A DNA stretch of 64,000 nt from Macrostomum lignano (lineage: Eukaryota): assembly GCA_002269645.1 (NCBI GenBank), contig NIVC01002675.1, positions 86,390 to 150,389 of the forward strand, given 5' to 3'. Each line of letters begins with the position of its first letter. Position 1 is the stretch's first letter. Under the pieces are notes generated by a model. The model did no database searches. It was not told the origin of the DNA and saw only the letters and a list, made by a program, of their open reading frames with translations. Of this stretch, positions 31,301-47,719 are shown in pieces. The translations under genes and the position numbers were made by a program.

Positions 31301-34300
31301 TATTAAGTATTTATACTTTATATTTTATATACTTTTATTGAAAACAATGGAAGCAAAATATGATTAGCTTTATAAACAAGTTAAGATAGGCTACCTAGGC
31401 TTATTGCATGCTAATTTTTATATAGGCCTAAGTTCACTATCCTGCAGAATCATTTGTTAAACTTATTGTACACATATTTTTTTTAGCTATTGACACCAAA
31501 CTTGCCAAAAATGAATATTTTCATTATGCCAACATTTTAGAAATGTTTTGGCATTAAAATTCAATTTTTAAGGGGCTGAAATGTAACTTTTTATAATTTC
31601 TAGGTTTTGCTGAATTTTAATAACTATTAATGATTATACAATTTTGAATTTTGTATGCTAATGTCTTGGCAAAAAATGTGTCTATGGCCAAAATTAATAA
31701 CAAACTCTGGGGCTTTAAGGAAAGTAGCACTCCTAAGCTGCAAATAAAATGATTTCTACTTAAAAATGGCTGGCAGATGACCTTCTACCCTAGCATAGAT
31801 TGAGCCACCTTGAGGTTTGCCTAGCCCTTGAACTAACAAATATAAATATATCTAAAGACTTCTAAAATGTTGGCATAATTAAAATATTCATTTTTTGTAA
31901 AGTTTTATGTCAATAGGCCTAGCAAAAAATATGCGCATAGTAAGTTTAACAAACAATTCTGCAAAATAGCTGCCTAAGTCTAGCATATTTAGAGATAACA
32001 TAAAAAATTCAATAAAAATAGTTTGTTTATTAGCCACTTTTAACAATATATATTGGCTCATTCCATATAAGATGGACATTTTTGGAAAATAGAAAAAAGT
32101 CAATATTTTTGCTTGCCATTGCCTTATCAGCCAATTTTTTTACCAAATGTTTTTTATGTGTAATATCTACAATCTAAGAATAAATGAATGATAAAATGTT
32201 AGATTAGTATGCTATCAAGTGGCAAAAAGTCATTTTTGTAAAAATTTAGACATTTTTCTAAGCAAATGACATCATTAAGTTTGTGTACCTTTTAAAAACA
32301 AATAGAAAGCTTTGGAAGGTTGAAACAAACTATAGATAAAAGTATAGTACTTGCATCATCAGATAAAAGTATTGGTGACCAAATAATCTATTATATTTTT
32401 AATATATTGGTACCTCAAAGTTACTGAATTGACAGAAAAAAATATGTTACGACCATAATGTTACGACCATAAGGCTGCCTTTTCTTTTGTATTTTTGTTG
32501 CCTTTTTGAGTTTATATATTCTACAAAAAGAGTATGATTACTAAAGATGTTCTAAGTCAAATTTTAAAAAATGTATTGCAAAATATCAAAAATAAAAATG
32601 TTATAAGACTTTTACCTTTTAGTTTCTATATGTCAAAAATCCTGTTGTTACGACCATAAGTGCCATTCAAGGTTTAATAGCATCTATACTAATGATGATA
32701 TCTACATGAAACTCTATAAAAATATTTTTGACAAAATTATCTTTCATTTAAAATATTGGTTTAGTATATTCTATTATTATATTTCATTTTATAAGTAAAA
32801 ATAGCCTGTCATGTTACGACCATGCTTATATGAAATGAGCCTATTGCTCTTTGAATATTGGCGATCTGACTAAAAATAAAATCATTAATGCTAATGTCAA
32901 TGACATAGCATAAAAATAAAATAAAGCTTAATTGGACATAACAAAACTTGTTTTTTAAGAAAATTATAATAGGGGGGGCCTAGGCCTATAAACACATTTA
33001 CATTTCTTAAACTAGGTCTAGTTTAAACTATATTAGGCTAGGCCTATACAAATAAATCAAGTGTTAAATTTACATTAAAAGATAAACATGCCTGCCCTAG
33101 GCCCCTATCCTAGGCCCTATCCCAAGTTTTGGTAACAGCAATAGGGCAGGGCCTAGAATAAATATGATAGCTTTTATGAAAACTAAGCTAGGCCTAGGAC
33201 AAAATTAGGATTCTTATAAAAATTTTAGTAGGAGGCAGGGTACAGCCTAGGTCTATTTTCAAGACAATGCAAATACTTAAAGTTAAGAGCTATGCCTAGC
33301 CTATAACAACATTTTGTATCAGTATGAGGTTTAGTATAAAGCTAAAGAGGAGGCCCTCTAAGCCTAAGCATGTCTTTTGTCCTTTTAACATTTGATTTTC
33401 TGCACAATGCTATTTATAGACTGACATCGAGTACAGGCACCGCCAGCACCGGTCGCCGTCGGTTGTATCCTTTATTTTTATTACAATTAGGCCTACTGAA
33501 TTAGCTATTAGCTAGCTGTCATCATGTTCTAAAAAGCTGCAAGAAAATTTACAATTGCAAAAATCTGGCAGCTAGGCCTACTAGCAACCGAGAGACAAAT
33601 CATAAAGTTTTAATAGTTTGCATGAACTATAAAGATTGGGTGCAACTAATTTAAATACGGGTTATCTCGCCCACGAGTCCTGACCCGACCTACATGTCCA
33701 TGGACATGTGACTATCGCACCGATTTAAACTTGTTGTAAACGTTCAAACAGTAAAATAAATAATAGGTAGATTTCTACTTCTTTCATTTGAAATGGAACC
33801 TTTCGATCAGTAAAAAAACCATCTACAAACAGAAACAACAAATTTTCAAACTTTTGTACATAACTCCCGACATCACAGTGGCAGATGTGGTGGTATCTTG
33901 GTATTTAACCATTACTGGGATTAAGTAGGAAAGATGGAACAATACAAAAGAGAGATAGCGCTAGAATACTGACTACAGGTATTCTGGTTCTTGGCTACTA
34001 TCAAAAGACAACTTAGAGTCAAATTTCGAGCCGCAAGAGCCCTTCACGTTAATATGAAGTTACTAAATGACGCGTACGAAATTCATTACAATGAATCCTA
34101 CATGAACATATTGCACAAATTATGCGTCGTGCAAGTGCATTCCAGAATTAGATTGCATGCAGATGACTTGTATAATAGATTGCAAAACCGTTAGTGTTCA
34201 ATGGTATTTATACATGACAAGACATGCCGATCGATGAATTTGCAACTTGCAATTACATGTACATGTAAACAAGTGCGACATCTCAACTTGACTACGAGTA

Positions 34301-35211
34301 CATGTACATGTAGCAGGGGCGGGAAGGCGAATTCCCAAATAGCCAATGGCGTGCGAAATAAGTAAGTGCTCTCTACAATAGCTGCGGCGTGTATATACGT
34401 ACAGCTGTGTGGTGTTTATCCACGTGACATTTATATACGTATTTCTTGGCAAACGTTTATGCATGCGCTCGTAGCTAATGCACGATAATCAGCAGTTTAG
34501 CCTAGGAATTCGTTTTCCCAAAAAAGCTTATAGGAGAATGCGGATCAAATTTTTAAACTATGGTACGCTTAATTACGCTTCATTCACATACGGTAATCGG
34601 TAAGCAAACTTTTAAATGAAGACTATATATATATATACTCGTAAGCTCAACTGTTGGCCTGTTGCAAATGGCGAGGGAAATAATTTAAGGGAGGCAACAA
34701 CTTACGAAGCATATGTTCAATACAAATTAACCTCGAAGAATCAGCACACAGCAGTTCACACATCTACAGTATAGTAGCCTGATAGTAACCCGATGCCCGT
34801 GACTCATCTCTGCTTTCGACTAGGGCAAATACTCGAATATTGTGGCCTAAATCTTCGCGCATTGGTCCCCATCTGGACTATAACGAAATTGCGTGGGCGT
34901 CAGACAGTGCAAGCAAACGAAAGCACATGACTATCATCATATGGAGTTCAGTGGGTGCAATGAGGATCTATGCTATTTCAATAATACATGTAAATGCATT
35001 CAGGCATAAATAATCACACAAATTTTGAAGATTTATCGACTTTTATACATTGCTTATGCAGTAATGAATAGCGGACCAATAAAAAACAGTTTTATTTATT
35101 AATAACCACTAGTTAGAATTAGGGGTTAGGCGAGTGACGAAGACCGAACGCAGAACGTGGGCACAAAGCAGCGAGCAGGGGAGCAACCCCAAACTCCAAA
35201 AAGCAGGCGAG

Positions 35212-36237
35212 TCAGAGGGGAGAGGAGGCAAATGATGAACAGTAGGAGCCAAGGCAAGCAGACATAGATCGACGGGCCGCTAGGTTACCGGCATTGCCAT
35301 CAGAGATGTACCGCGAAACTGCCGAGCTGCGCCAATCTCCCAGCAGCTTGATGCGGTCCACGCTCAGCCCAGCATTGAAAGCAAACGTCGCTCCACCACG
35401 CCGGAGCGAGTGCGCCGAGAAGCTAGAAGCTTCCAGTCCGGCCTTGCAGAACAGGCGATGCAGGCGGTGGCGAACCCCCCGCTGAGTCAGAGGCCGCCAG
35501 GATCGCGGCGCTGATGAAACTGAGAATATGGGCAGACTGTGAGACGCATCAAAAAGGCGATTCAGCTGCCAGTGATGTCGGAGCGCAGCCACAGGACACA
35601 ATCTGAGAGCAGCTGCTGAGCTCGGGCCCATAACCGGGAGCTGGATGGTGTGAATGCGCTCACCGAACTGCACTGTCTTTGAACGGGCTACAAAGATGGT
35701 AACACCAGCGCGGCTGAACTTGACATCAGATATCCTTATCGCGCTCGCCGAGTCACCCGATTTCTTGCGGGCGCACAGATTATCGAGGCGAAGCATGCCG
35801 AACCAGCCCGTGAGCACGAGAGCCCACAGAGCAGCATCTGCCGGATCTGACAGCAGCAGGTGCTGGCGAATGCGCATCAGATGCTCCGGCCGGAGTGGTT
35901 GCTTAGTGGCTGGGGTCCACGACTTGCTTAGGTCCCGTCTGATTCCTTTTAGGATGAGTGGCAGAATTGGAGCTCGCGCGACTTCGTCAAGACCGAGGCA
36001 GCGGCAATACCAGCTCAACGCTTGCAGATGAAGCTGAACACTGTTGAACGAAAGTAGGCGAAGAGAGATGTCGGACAGGTAGAGAACGAGAAGCTCCACC
36101 GTGGGCTGCTCAGGTCGTTCATTTAGCCCTTGACAGAAACGACACCAGGCTCGCCAGACAGACTCGTAGGTCAGCCGTGTCGACTCCGCCAGAGACAACT
36201 CGATCAGACGAGCCGCCCGCCCCCGAAGCCGCCGCAC
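35212..36237 (-). CDS. Tyrosine recombinase of the YR retrotransposon
   Basis: SAM-like N-terminus; catalytic R (GMLRL), K (RSKT), HSLRRGG, W (GDWRS), Y (SRYI); uninterrupted. Confidence 0.92.
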   Translation of the reverse strand: MRRLRGRAARLIELSLAESTRLTYESVWRAWCRFCQGLNERPEQPTVELLVLYLSDISLRLLSFNSVQLHLQALSWYCRCLGLDEVARAPILPLILKGIRRDLSKSWTPATKQPLRPEHLMRIRQHLLLSDPADAALWALVLTGWFGMLRLDNLCARKKSGDSASAIRISDVKFSRAGVTIFVARSKTVQFGERIHTIQLPVMGPSSAAALRLCPVAALRHHWQLNRLFDASHSLPIFSVSSAPRSWRPLTQRGVRHRLHRLFCKAGLEASSFSAHSLRRGGATFAFNAGLSVDRIKLLGDWRSSAVSRYISDGNAGNLAARRSMSACLGSYCSSFASSPL

Positions 36238-38000
36238 CGCAGGGTCAGGACCTGTAAAAGCAGAAAATGGGAGGCAGCAGAGGCCAGCGCGTGGGAGGCA
36301 AATTCAAGCGGGCACACTTGCACAGTGCCATAAAAACGCATGCAAAAGTTAATGAGGCCACTCCGAGAATGAAGACGCGAAATGGGGTCAGCATAGGTCT
36401 GAAACCAGCCCGGCACATGAAAGAAGCTTAACACAACTTTGTTAGCGAAACAGAAGAGACCAATGGTCTGAAGCAGGCGCAGCAGCTCAGGGTCCTTAGA
36501 AGCAGCCTTGTTGAGGATGAAGACAGCTGGGTCATTGTCAACGTAGCATACAACCTTGCACTGGCTCAGCAGCGGGCGCAGCACCATCAGAGTGAGAAGC
36601 GGCACGAGAGCTTCTTTGTAGTTGATCGGGTACTTGGCAAACTGGCCATTGAAGTCCTTCTCCCAGTCGATGAAGATCCAGTCACAAAAATTGTGGCTGC
36701 GGACGATGCAGCCGCCCGCCTTCTCGGATGAGTCACTCTCCAGCACCCACTCGTTGAGATACTTGGGCCAGAGCTCGCGGCCATTCAGCTTTCGGATAGC
36801 CAGGGTCCACCACTCCAGCTCGCCACGCAGCGACTCATCCATACGGACGCAGTGCCTAGGATGAGCTAGAGAGTTAACTCTGGAGATAAGGTTGCGCAGG
36901 AAACTTCTACCCACGGGAGGAGCGACCTGGCACCACCAGTTAATCTTGCCACACAGCTTCTGAAGCTCCCGCTTAGTCAACCGAGACTTCAGCTTCATCT
37001 GCTGGACGAGGTTGACAGTCAGATCGATCTTATCATGGGGCAGGCAAAGCAAACCAGAACTCGTGTCGATGTTCACACCGAGGTAGGTGACGGTCTGGGC
37101 TGGGGCGCTGCTCTTCTCCCAGTTGATGTCGAACCCGAGACGTTGGAGAAGGCCAGTTAAAAACTCAAAGGCCTCTTCACACTTGGCTCTACTGTCAAAG
37201 GCAAGGCCAAAGTCGTCCAAATAACCAACGACATTGCTAAAGCCAGACCGCTGCATAATTCGGACAATCGCCTGCGAGATTCTGTGAAAAATGGACACGG
37301 AGGCAGCTGCGCCAAACATCAGCCGGGTGTCAACCAGGTAGCGCGGCGAGTCGGCTCCTTTGAATTTCCATTGTAGACCGGCTGCCGGGTAGCAAGAAGG
37401 GTGAATGCCAACGGAGCGATAGGCATGCTTGATGTCGACTTTAGCCACAAAGCAGCCAGGACGGAGCAGACGATAAAATTCATCGATAGACTGAAAGCGG
37501 ATGCGTTCCTGCTGATGGTAGTGACTGTTGATAGAATTTCCATACGGAGCGCTGGCGTCGTGAATCAGCCGGATTGATGAGCTGCCCTTAGGGATTGCTG
37601 CCAGCGGGCTGACCTTCGTAGGCTTTGTGGAAGACATCACATAGCGGCCTGTTCTTAGCTCTTCTTTAATTTGCTTATCCACGAGCTCCTGGTGCGCGAG
37701 CGCAGAGTTGTAGTTAGGCTTAAAGCTTTCGCAGAATTTGGTATCATCAGTGATCATAAACCCGGCACTAATACCATTTAAGAGAAACTCGGCATCTCTG
37801 TCTTCATCAAGATACTTCGACCATTCACAAAAGCGCATGTCACCACAGCTGGATGTAGGAAAATTATCAGGAATAAAATCGCGGATTGATGAACTATTTA
37901 CAATGGCGGGCGGGCGGTCATCTAGTTTTTTGACGCTGAAGCGTGCAGATGACCCGGATGGTCCCTTCTGCAGATGACGCAAGCATGCTGAAATTTGCAT
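36204..38000 (-). CDS. Reverse transcriptase + RNase H of the YR retrotransposon
   Basis: IRLIHDAS, KVDIKHAY, RLMFGAAAS, YLDD, YLGV; RNase H D/E/D/D (ESDSS, YKEA, YVDN, ADPISR); uninterrupted. Confidence 0.92.
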   Translation of the reverse strand: MQISACLRHLQKGPSGSSARFSVKKLDDRPPAIVNSSSIRDFIPDNFPTSSCGDMRFCEWSKYLDEDRDAEFLLNGISAGFMITDDTKFCESFKPNYNSALAHQELVDKQIKEELRTGRYVMSSTKPTKVSPLAAIPKGSSSIRLIHDASAPYGNSINSHYHQQERIRFQSIDEFYRLLRPGCFVAKVDIKHAYRSVGIHPSCYPAAGLQWKFKGADSPRYLVDTRLMFGAAASVSIFHRISQAIVRIMQRSGFSNVVGYLDDFGLAFDSRAKCEEAFEFLTGLLQRLGFDINWEKSSAPAQTVTYLGVNIDTSSGLLCLPHDKIDLTVNLVQQMKLKSRLTKRELQKLCGKINWWCQVAPPVGRSFLRNLISRVNSLAHPRHCVRMDESLRGELEWWTLAIRKLNGRELWPKYLNEWVLESDSSEKAGGCIVRSHNFCDWIFIDWEKDFNGQFAKYPINYKEALVPLLTLMVLRPLLSQCKVVCYVDNDPAVFILNKAASKDPELLRLLQTIGLFCFANKVVLSFFHVPGWFQTYADPISRLHSRSGLINFCMRFYGTVQVCPLEFASHALASAASHFLLLQVLTLRCGGFGGGRLV

Positions 38001-38935
38001 TCCTCGCCAAACTTACAGCCGGTATCGCGGTTGAAGAGCAGGCAGATTTGGCGATTCCTCCTATTCTGTGGCTGCTTTCTACGCTGCAAGTTGCTGTCTA
38101 TAGCGCTAAGCCGATTCGGAGCAAGCAGGTGTCGTGAGAGCAACTGGAAAGACTCGTTGTCCCAGTGACGACTGGTTTCATGCTGGAGCCTCCGAAAGCT
38201 GTCATCATAGAGCAGGACATTACTGACGTCAAATCCACTATTCAGCAGTTCGCCTAACTGGCGGTTGTAGGCAAGGTACTCATGCAACCTTGGAGCAGCG
38301 CGCGCTTCCCAGTCAATCATCTCGCCAGATTCGATCAGGGACTGGAGAATTCTCGCATTCGCACTTATCCACTCGCCGATGCTAATCTGCTCCAGAGGCT
38401 TCTGTCTGGTATTTGTTCCTTTCTTATTGCCAGCGCTGACATTTCCGGAGTCTTCGACGAAGTCAGGTATGAGAAGTGGGCCCCTCTTGGTGGGGTCAGC
38501 ATCTTGCTCCAGGAGGGGAATATTCTCCAAGGCAGAATGGGCGGCGCCCCAACTAGCAGAAAAAGCTGGCTTACCATACGTCTTCGTGCCATGGCGTCTG
38601 CCGCTGAGCTCGGCTGTCAATTCCGCTTCCTCCTTTTGGAGCCTCAGTAGCCTGATGCGTTCCTCGGTCGCTTCGATCTCATCGCGCAGGTCCTGACCCT
38701 TCGTCGAGCGGTGGCGGTTGGGGGCGGTGGCTGGGGCTGCGGTTGGCTGTCGGTCTCGCTGTCAGTTGATTCTTCTCGTCTGCTGGTTGAGTCGTCTTGT
38801 TCAGGGTCTCTACCTTGCAGACTTTTCAGGCGCGCTAACAGAGTTCTCTTGTTACCATTAGTTGGCTGGCCAGCCGCGGAGAGTTGGGCTTTCAATTCTC
38901 GGGCTGTAAGTTTAGCAAGGCTAGCCATCGCGCAA
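37922..38935 (-). CDS. ORF1/gag of the YR retrotransposon, split over two frames; N-terminal SAP-like motif
   Basis: MASLAKLTARELKAQLSAAGQPTNGNKRTLLARLKSL; coiled coil; VLLYDDSFRRLQ; CLLFNRDTGCKFGEECKFQHACVICRRDH. Confidence 0.78.
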
Positions 38936-39809
38936 AAAAATTGAGCAGGTGTGCGACACCGCGAGCAGAGCACAAGCTGGGGGTTAAAAGCTAGCCGCCC
39001 CGCGACAACCCCCCCAACGCAGACGCCACCCCGCCACCCCTAACACACTTTGTACGCGGCCTACGGCCGCCCACAAAGCACACTTATAATAATTAACCAT
39101 AATGGAAAACTGCAAGTCATTATGAATATAAGCATGCAAGCAAAAGTTGCTACCGTACGTCAGGCGACCTGATTAATGCAAAATAAATATATAAATAAAA
39201 TTTGATAACTTTTATTTGAGGAATACTAAAGCTTGAACGATGAAAAAAATTAAATAAAAACAAGTTTCATACACACTACCATACTAGGTAACTAGATCTG
39301 CGAAGCTGTAGAATCGTACAGGCTTACAAATTTAAATAATTAATTATATTATTATAACAACAAATTTCATACTATGAATAGCAGACTTATTAAAGCATAA
39401 ATCTCAACAGTAGGCAAAAATAAATATGGTTCAAATTAATTTGGGTGCATGCCGCAGCTTCAGGCAGAGGCAAGCAAAGTTAGATCGAGGTGAAACAAAT
39501 AAGAATTATTGCTATTAAAGCAGTTAAAGCAGCAAACAGGAGCGATGAAAGTTAAAGAATTAAAAAAGCTAAAAACTGATAAGCGCGAGATGACAAATCT
39601 GCAATTAATGCTGGCAATATCAGAAGCGAGCATAGTTGTTTGTGAAAAGGATAAAATAAAATAACTATTCAGAAGTAATATAGGAAAAAACATTTTTACT
39701 GAGTTTGCAAGGTTGTTCAACAGTACTGACTGGAATAAGCAGGTAGGTTAGGTCATTTCTCTGTAGAAAAAAGTAAGCAACATAGGGTTTGGCCATAGAC
39801 AGATCACTG

Positions 39810-40300
39810 AGCACACAGCATGGCAACAGGGGATCAGCCATAGACGAATACCCCACAGACAGCATGGCAACAGGGGATCAGCCATAGACGAATACCCCAC
39901 AGACAGCATGGCAACAGGGGATCAGCCATAGACGAATACCCCACAGAAAGCATGGCAACAGGGGATCAGCCATAGACGAATACCCCACAGACAGCATGGC
40001 AACAGGGGATCAGCCATAGACGAATACCCCACAGACAGCATGGCAACAGGGGATCAGCCATAGACGAATACCCCACAGAAAGCATGGCAACAGGGGATCA
40101 GCCATAGACGAATACCCCACAGACAGCATGGCAACAGGGGATCAGCCATAGACGAATACCCCGCAGACAGCATGGCAACAGGGGATCAGCCATAGACGAA
40201 TACCCCACAGACAGCATGGCAACAGGGGGTCAGCCATAGACGAATACCCCACAGACAGCATGGCAACAGGGGGTCAGCCATAGACGAATACCCCACAGAC
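39810..40300. repeat. 44-bp minisatellite downstream of Rho (~11 copies)
   Basis: ACAGCATGGCAACAGGGGATCAGCCATAGACGAATACCCCACAG units. Confidence 0.96.
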
Positions 40301-40535
40301 TATTTTGCAAACGCATATTTCGGAGGCCTACAACATAGTACTATAATGCAGAGAATATTATTTAAAAAGCAGAACGTCAAAGGGCAGTCTTAAGCTTGTA
40401 CCGGCACTACACAATGAATCAAATGACTAATATCTTAGACATAGCGTTGAAAAAAGAACTGAATTTAAAATTTCCTACAGCTTAGAATCATCGCAAGGAA
40501 AAGTTGCACAATTTAAAACAGCCCGGTTGCGCCTC

Positions 40536-44088
<3,553 letters not shown>

Positions 44089-47000
44089 CTATAATATTTC
44101 TTTGATTTTGAAAATAAAACTTAATTTAAAAGCATGCAATTATTTAATGGTATATGTTTTATCTTTACGTAGGATAATTCCTTGAATTATAATTTTTTAA
44201 AAATGGTCTAAAGAGCAACAAGGAACTATAGAAGCAGGTGTTACATTTTTTATTTCAGAATGAAACCAAGTCAACTATGCATATATATTACTAGCACATT
44301 AAGCCCCCAGTAGGGGGCATTCAAATTCAAAATTCAAACATTAAAAGCAAAAAAACATTGCTTTTCAAATATTTGAATCACTTTCAAAATGAAATTTTCA
44401 TTGTTTAAAATTTTATAGAAGCACACTAAAGCATCCATGGCAGGCATTCAAATTTAAAATTAAAACATAGAAAGCATTGTAAATCAATTTTTAAAATATT
44501 TTTATACACTAATTGTTGTGCCCATGCACTTGCCCTGCCAAAGTGCACTCTGCACCCCCCACGTGGCATACCATATTTGTTTTGTAGTGCCCATGTGCTT
44601 GCACTGCTAAAGTGTACTCTGCCCCCCATGTGGCATACCATATTTCTTTTGGTGTTATATGCTCAGTGGTGTAAGCTGCTTAGCTGCCATTGTGCTCTGT
44701 GTGCTAGTTGGCTGAGCCACCCTGTCTGGCCCTTGCCCTGGGCTGCCCCTCCCCTAGCTGCGCTGTGATTGGCCAGTGGATGGCTGGGCTGGGGTGTTGG
44801 GGCATGGCCTTTAAAGGCATAGCCGGGGCAGGTGGCTGCCTACCCATCTGTTTTCTGTGCTCTCTAATTGAGGCCCAGAATGCTGACTACCATTTCTCTA
44901 GACTGTCCTTCCTACCATACAAACAATAAACATTGACTATTGGGTCTGCCAGCCGCAAACGGACTTCAGCTGCAATTAATTGACTGCACATGCAAGGGCC
45001 AGCTATACATGAAGTAAGTCACTGCCTTGTCTCCTTCATTTTGGGGGCTGTAGCAGGGGCAGTCCATGTGTCCTGATGCTGAATAAGGGGGGACTAGGCC
45101 AGGTAGTCAGCCAAGGACCACCCTATACCATAAGCCTGCTGTATGTAGATGCTAGCTCATGCGCCCTGATGCCCTGCTGAAGGTGATTGACATCACAGCA
45201 TCCCTACATGTATGCTGGCCAATTGGGTGCATCTTGACACCCTAGACTTAGGGTCCAATGCAGACACTTGCACCCTGATGCAGGCTAGCATAGGCCCATA
45301 TACTCTGACCCTTGTACGTGCACCTATCCTGAGTACAACATACTTTGCCAAATGAATCTGATTTATAATTTGGCCCATTAGCTAGTGCTATCTTCAATTG
45401 CACCACCCTCTCTGGTATGTTATGAAAATAGCACAAGATCATAGCAGTTTAGGGGTTAAAGAAAAAAAGGCTTGGTCCACACACATTGCATTTCAGACCA
45501 GCTTTAACCCTCGCCCCTCTTTTTCATTGACATCTTATCAGACTGGTTGGTAAATGATAAAATTCAATCAACCCCACAATTAAAATTGCAAAGTTTGAAG
45601 GGTTATAAAACTCATATACACTATAAATTAGCCAAGAAAAGGCCTAAATGGTTGAACTGAGCAATTAAATTTAGAAACAGAGCACCATCGAAAGCATAAA
45701 AAATCATTTTTCAAATATTTTACCCCGTTCCCATTCAATTTTCTTATCAAAAAAAGTAATGCATGATTGCAAAAATTTTTGCTCTAAAATTGTTTGAAAA
45801 AAATTGTACATATTTTCACTGTTTTTCATTTTACCTATTATTAAAAGAATTTAAAGCTAATTTGAAAAAATCAACAATAGACAGACAAATAAACAGACAG
45901 ACAAAGAATGCAAAATTAGTATATAGATATAGAAAAGCATTTTTTTACTTTTACTTTGTCATTTTTCTCAGGATTCTAAAGGTCTTTTGTGTGTTGATCT
46001 TGCCAGCTAGTTGAAATAGATAGTACAATGTTATTGCATTTAAATATATAATTGGTTGGCACACAGCAACAGCTCTTTTCATAGCAATGCATATAGTCTG
46101 TCATGTTTTATATGAATAAAAAGGTAGTCCAAACAACTTACAATAATAGGAACTTTGTTTAAGTAGACATTTGCCATTTAATTTTATTAAATAAAAATTA
46201 ATAACAAGCAACCAATCAGCTACTGAGCAAGTAGTTGCTACTAGGCTAATCAATGCTAAGGGATATGAAATATGATAACAATGAGATTCTCATGTTACAT
46301 ATATTGTTCTATTTTCTACTTTTTATTTCTTTAAGTCTTCTGTCAATTTAGTGAAGTCAGTGGTCTTCTGCTATTGGATAATGATAACATTGCTACCAAG
46401 CCTAAATTATATATATATGATACTGATATAGAGATAGAAGGCAACTCTAAATCTAGTCTTGATCACATTGATAAACTTAAAGGCAAGCTTTATACCATTG
46501 TTGAGCTTAGCAATATTGAAGAAGCTTTGCAATTGGAGCATCATAAGCAACTTCTGCAATATTCATTTTGTGGCTAGCATTGCACTGACATGGCTAAAGC
46601 ATTGAATATAGATTTGCAGCTTTGTACCTAATTTCAATAGGCATTTTGCTAAGGTCTACATTCTGGAATGCCCAACATCAAGGCTCAAAGACTCATCAAA
46701 AGCTACTAAATAAAACTTATAGAACCATGAAGCAATTGAGCAACTTGTTCAAGTCTGCTTTGCAGCTAGTACTGAATCAAATCATGGAGGGTCTTGCCAT
46801 TTTACTTCTAATGAGGTTTTCTTGCTTTTTAAGGAGTCATAATGACCCTAATAATCATAGTATTCAATGTATTATAGAAAGAAGAAAAAGCCTATCTTTA
46901 GTATTGCTCAGCTGTTATTAATGTAATAGTAGCAAGAATAGAGATTTGGCCTTGAATTTAACAACTTGTGATACCAATTGGCAATGGCTTTCTACCTTAT

Positions 47001-47719
47001 ATTCTATCTAACTTGGCTACAGAAATATGATTAAAGCAAGATAGTATTAGTCAGAAAGGCAATACAGGATAATATAGAGAATGAATATATCAATACCAAT
47101 ATTTCTATATCAATTATAGTAGCAATAGAGGACTTGTCCATTCTAAAGTATACAAGCAACTAAAATTCTAGACAAATCTAGAAAATGACATGGTTTACCA
47201 TTATTAGGCAGAATCAATACAAAAAGACTTAGGCTTCTAAAACAAATGCCAATGCTATTGTCAATCTATTTCTAGATTACAAGTAGAAGCCAAAATATAT
47301 AATATTAGATAAATATTCCAAAAGACCAAAATTTTGGCTAATGAATTATATGCTTAGTATATAGTTTGGCACTAAGCTTTGTCTTTAAATCAATAGTACT
47401 ATAGTCATGCGCAAAAGTAAGTAAACCCCAAACAAAAAATGAAAAAAACTGTTATAATTTCTGAACAGTTAGCTCTATTTTAACAGAACTGCATCACAGT
47501 GATCCTTATTAACTGGTAGTTATTTTGATACATCAAGCTTTAAAAACTCTGAGTGGCTAAGGAGCTGTGGCCAAAAATGCTCAAACATACCTATGAAAAA
47601 GTAAGTACACCTGCCTTTTACTACTAGTAAAACCTCTTCAGTGCAAATGCAAGCCACTGCAAGTACATTGCCAGTAGCCTCACTGCCTATTATGTCACCA
47701 GCTACTTAAGAGTCATTTC

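Larger units (their letters stand above)
35100..39090 (-). mobile_element. Tyrosine-recombinase retrotransposon (DIRS order, Ngaro-like)
   Basis: Overlapping ORF1 (gag-like, CCCH/CCHC knuckle), ORF2 RT-RNaseH and ORF3 YR; no methyltransferase domain seen. Confidence 0.9.

Noticed and set aside
32440-32830. Four GTTACGACCAT motifs
   Set aside because: Probably subterminal repeats of a decayed DNA transposon, but no termini could be defined
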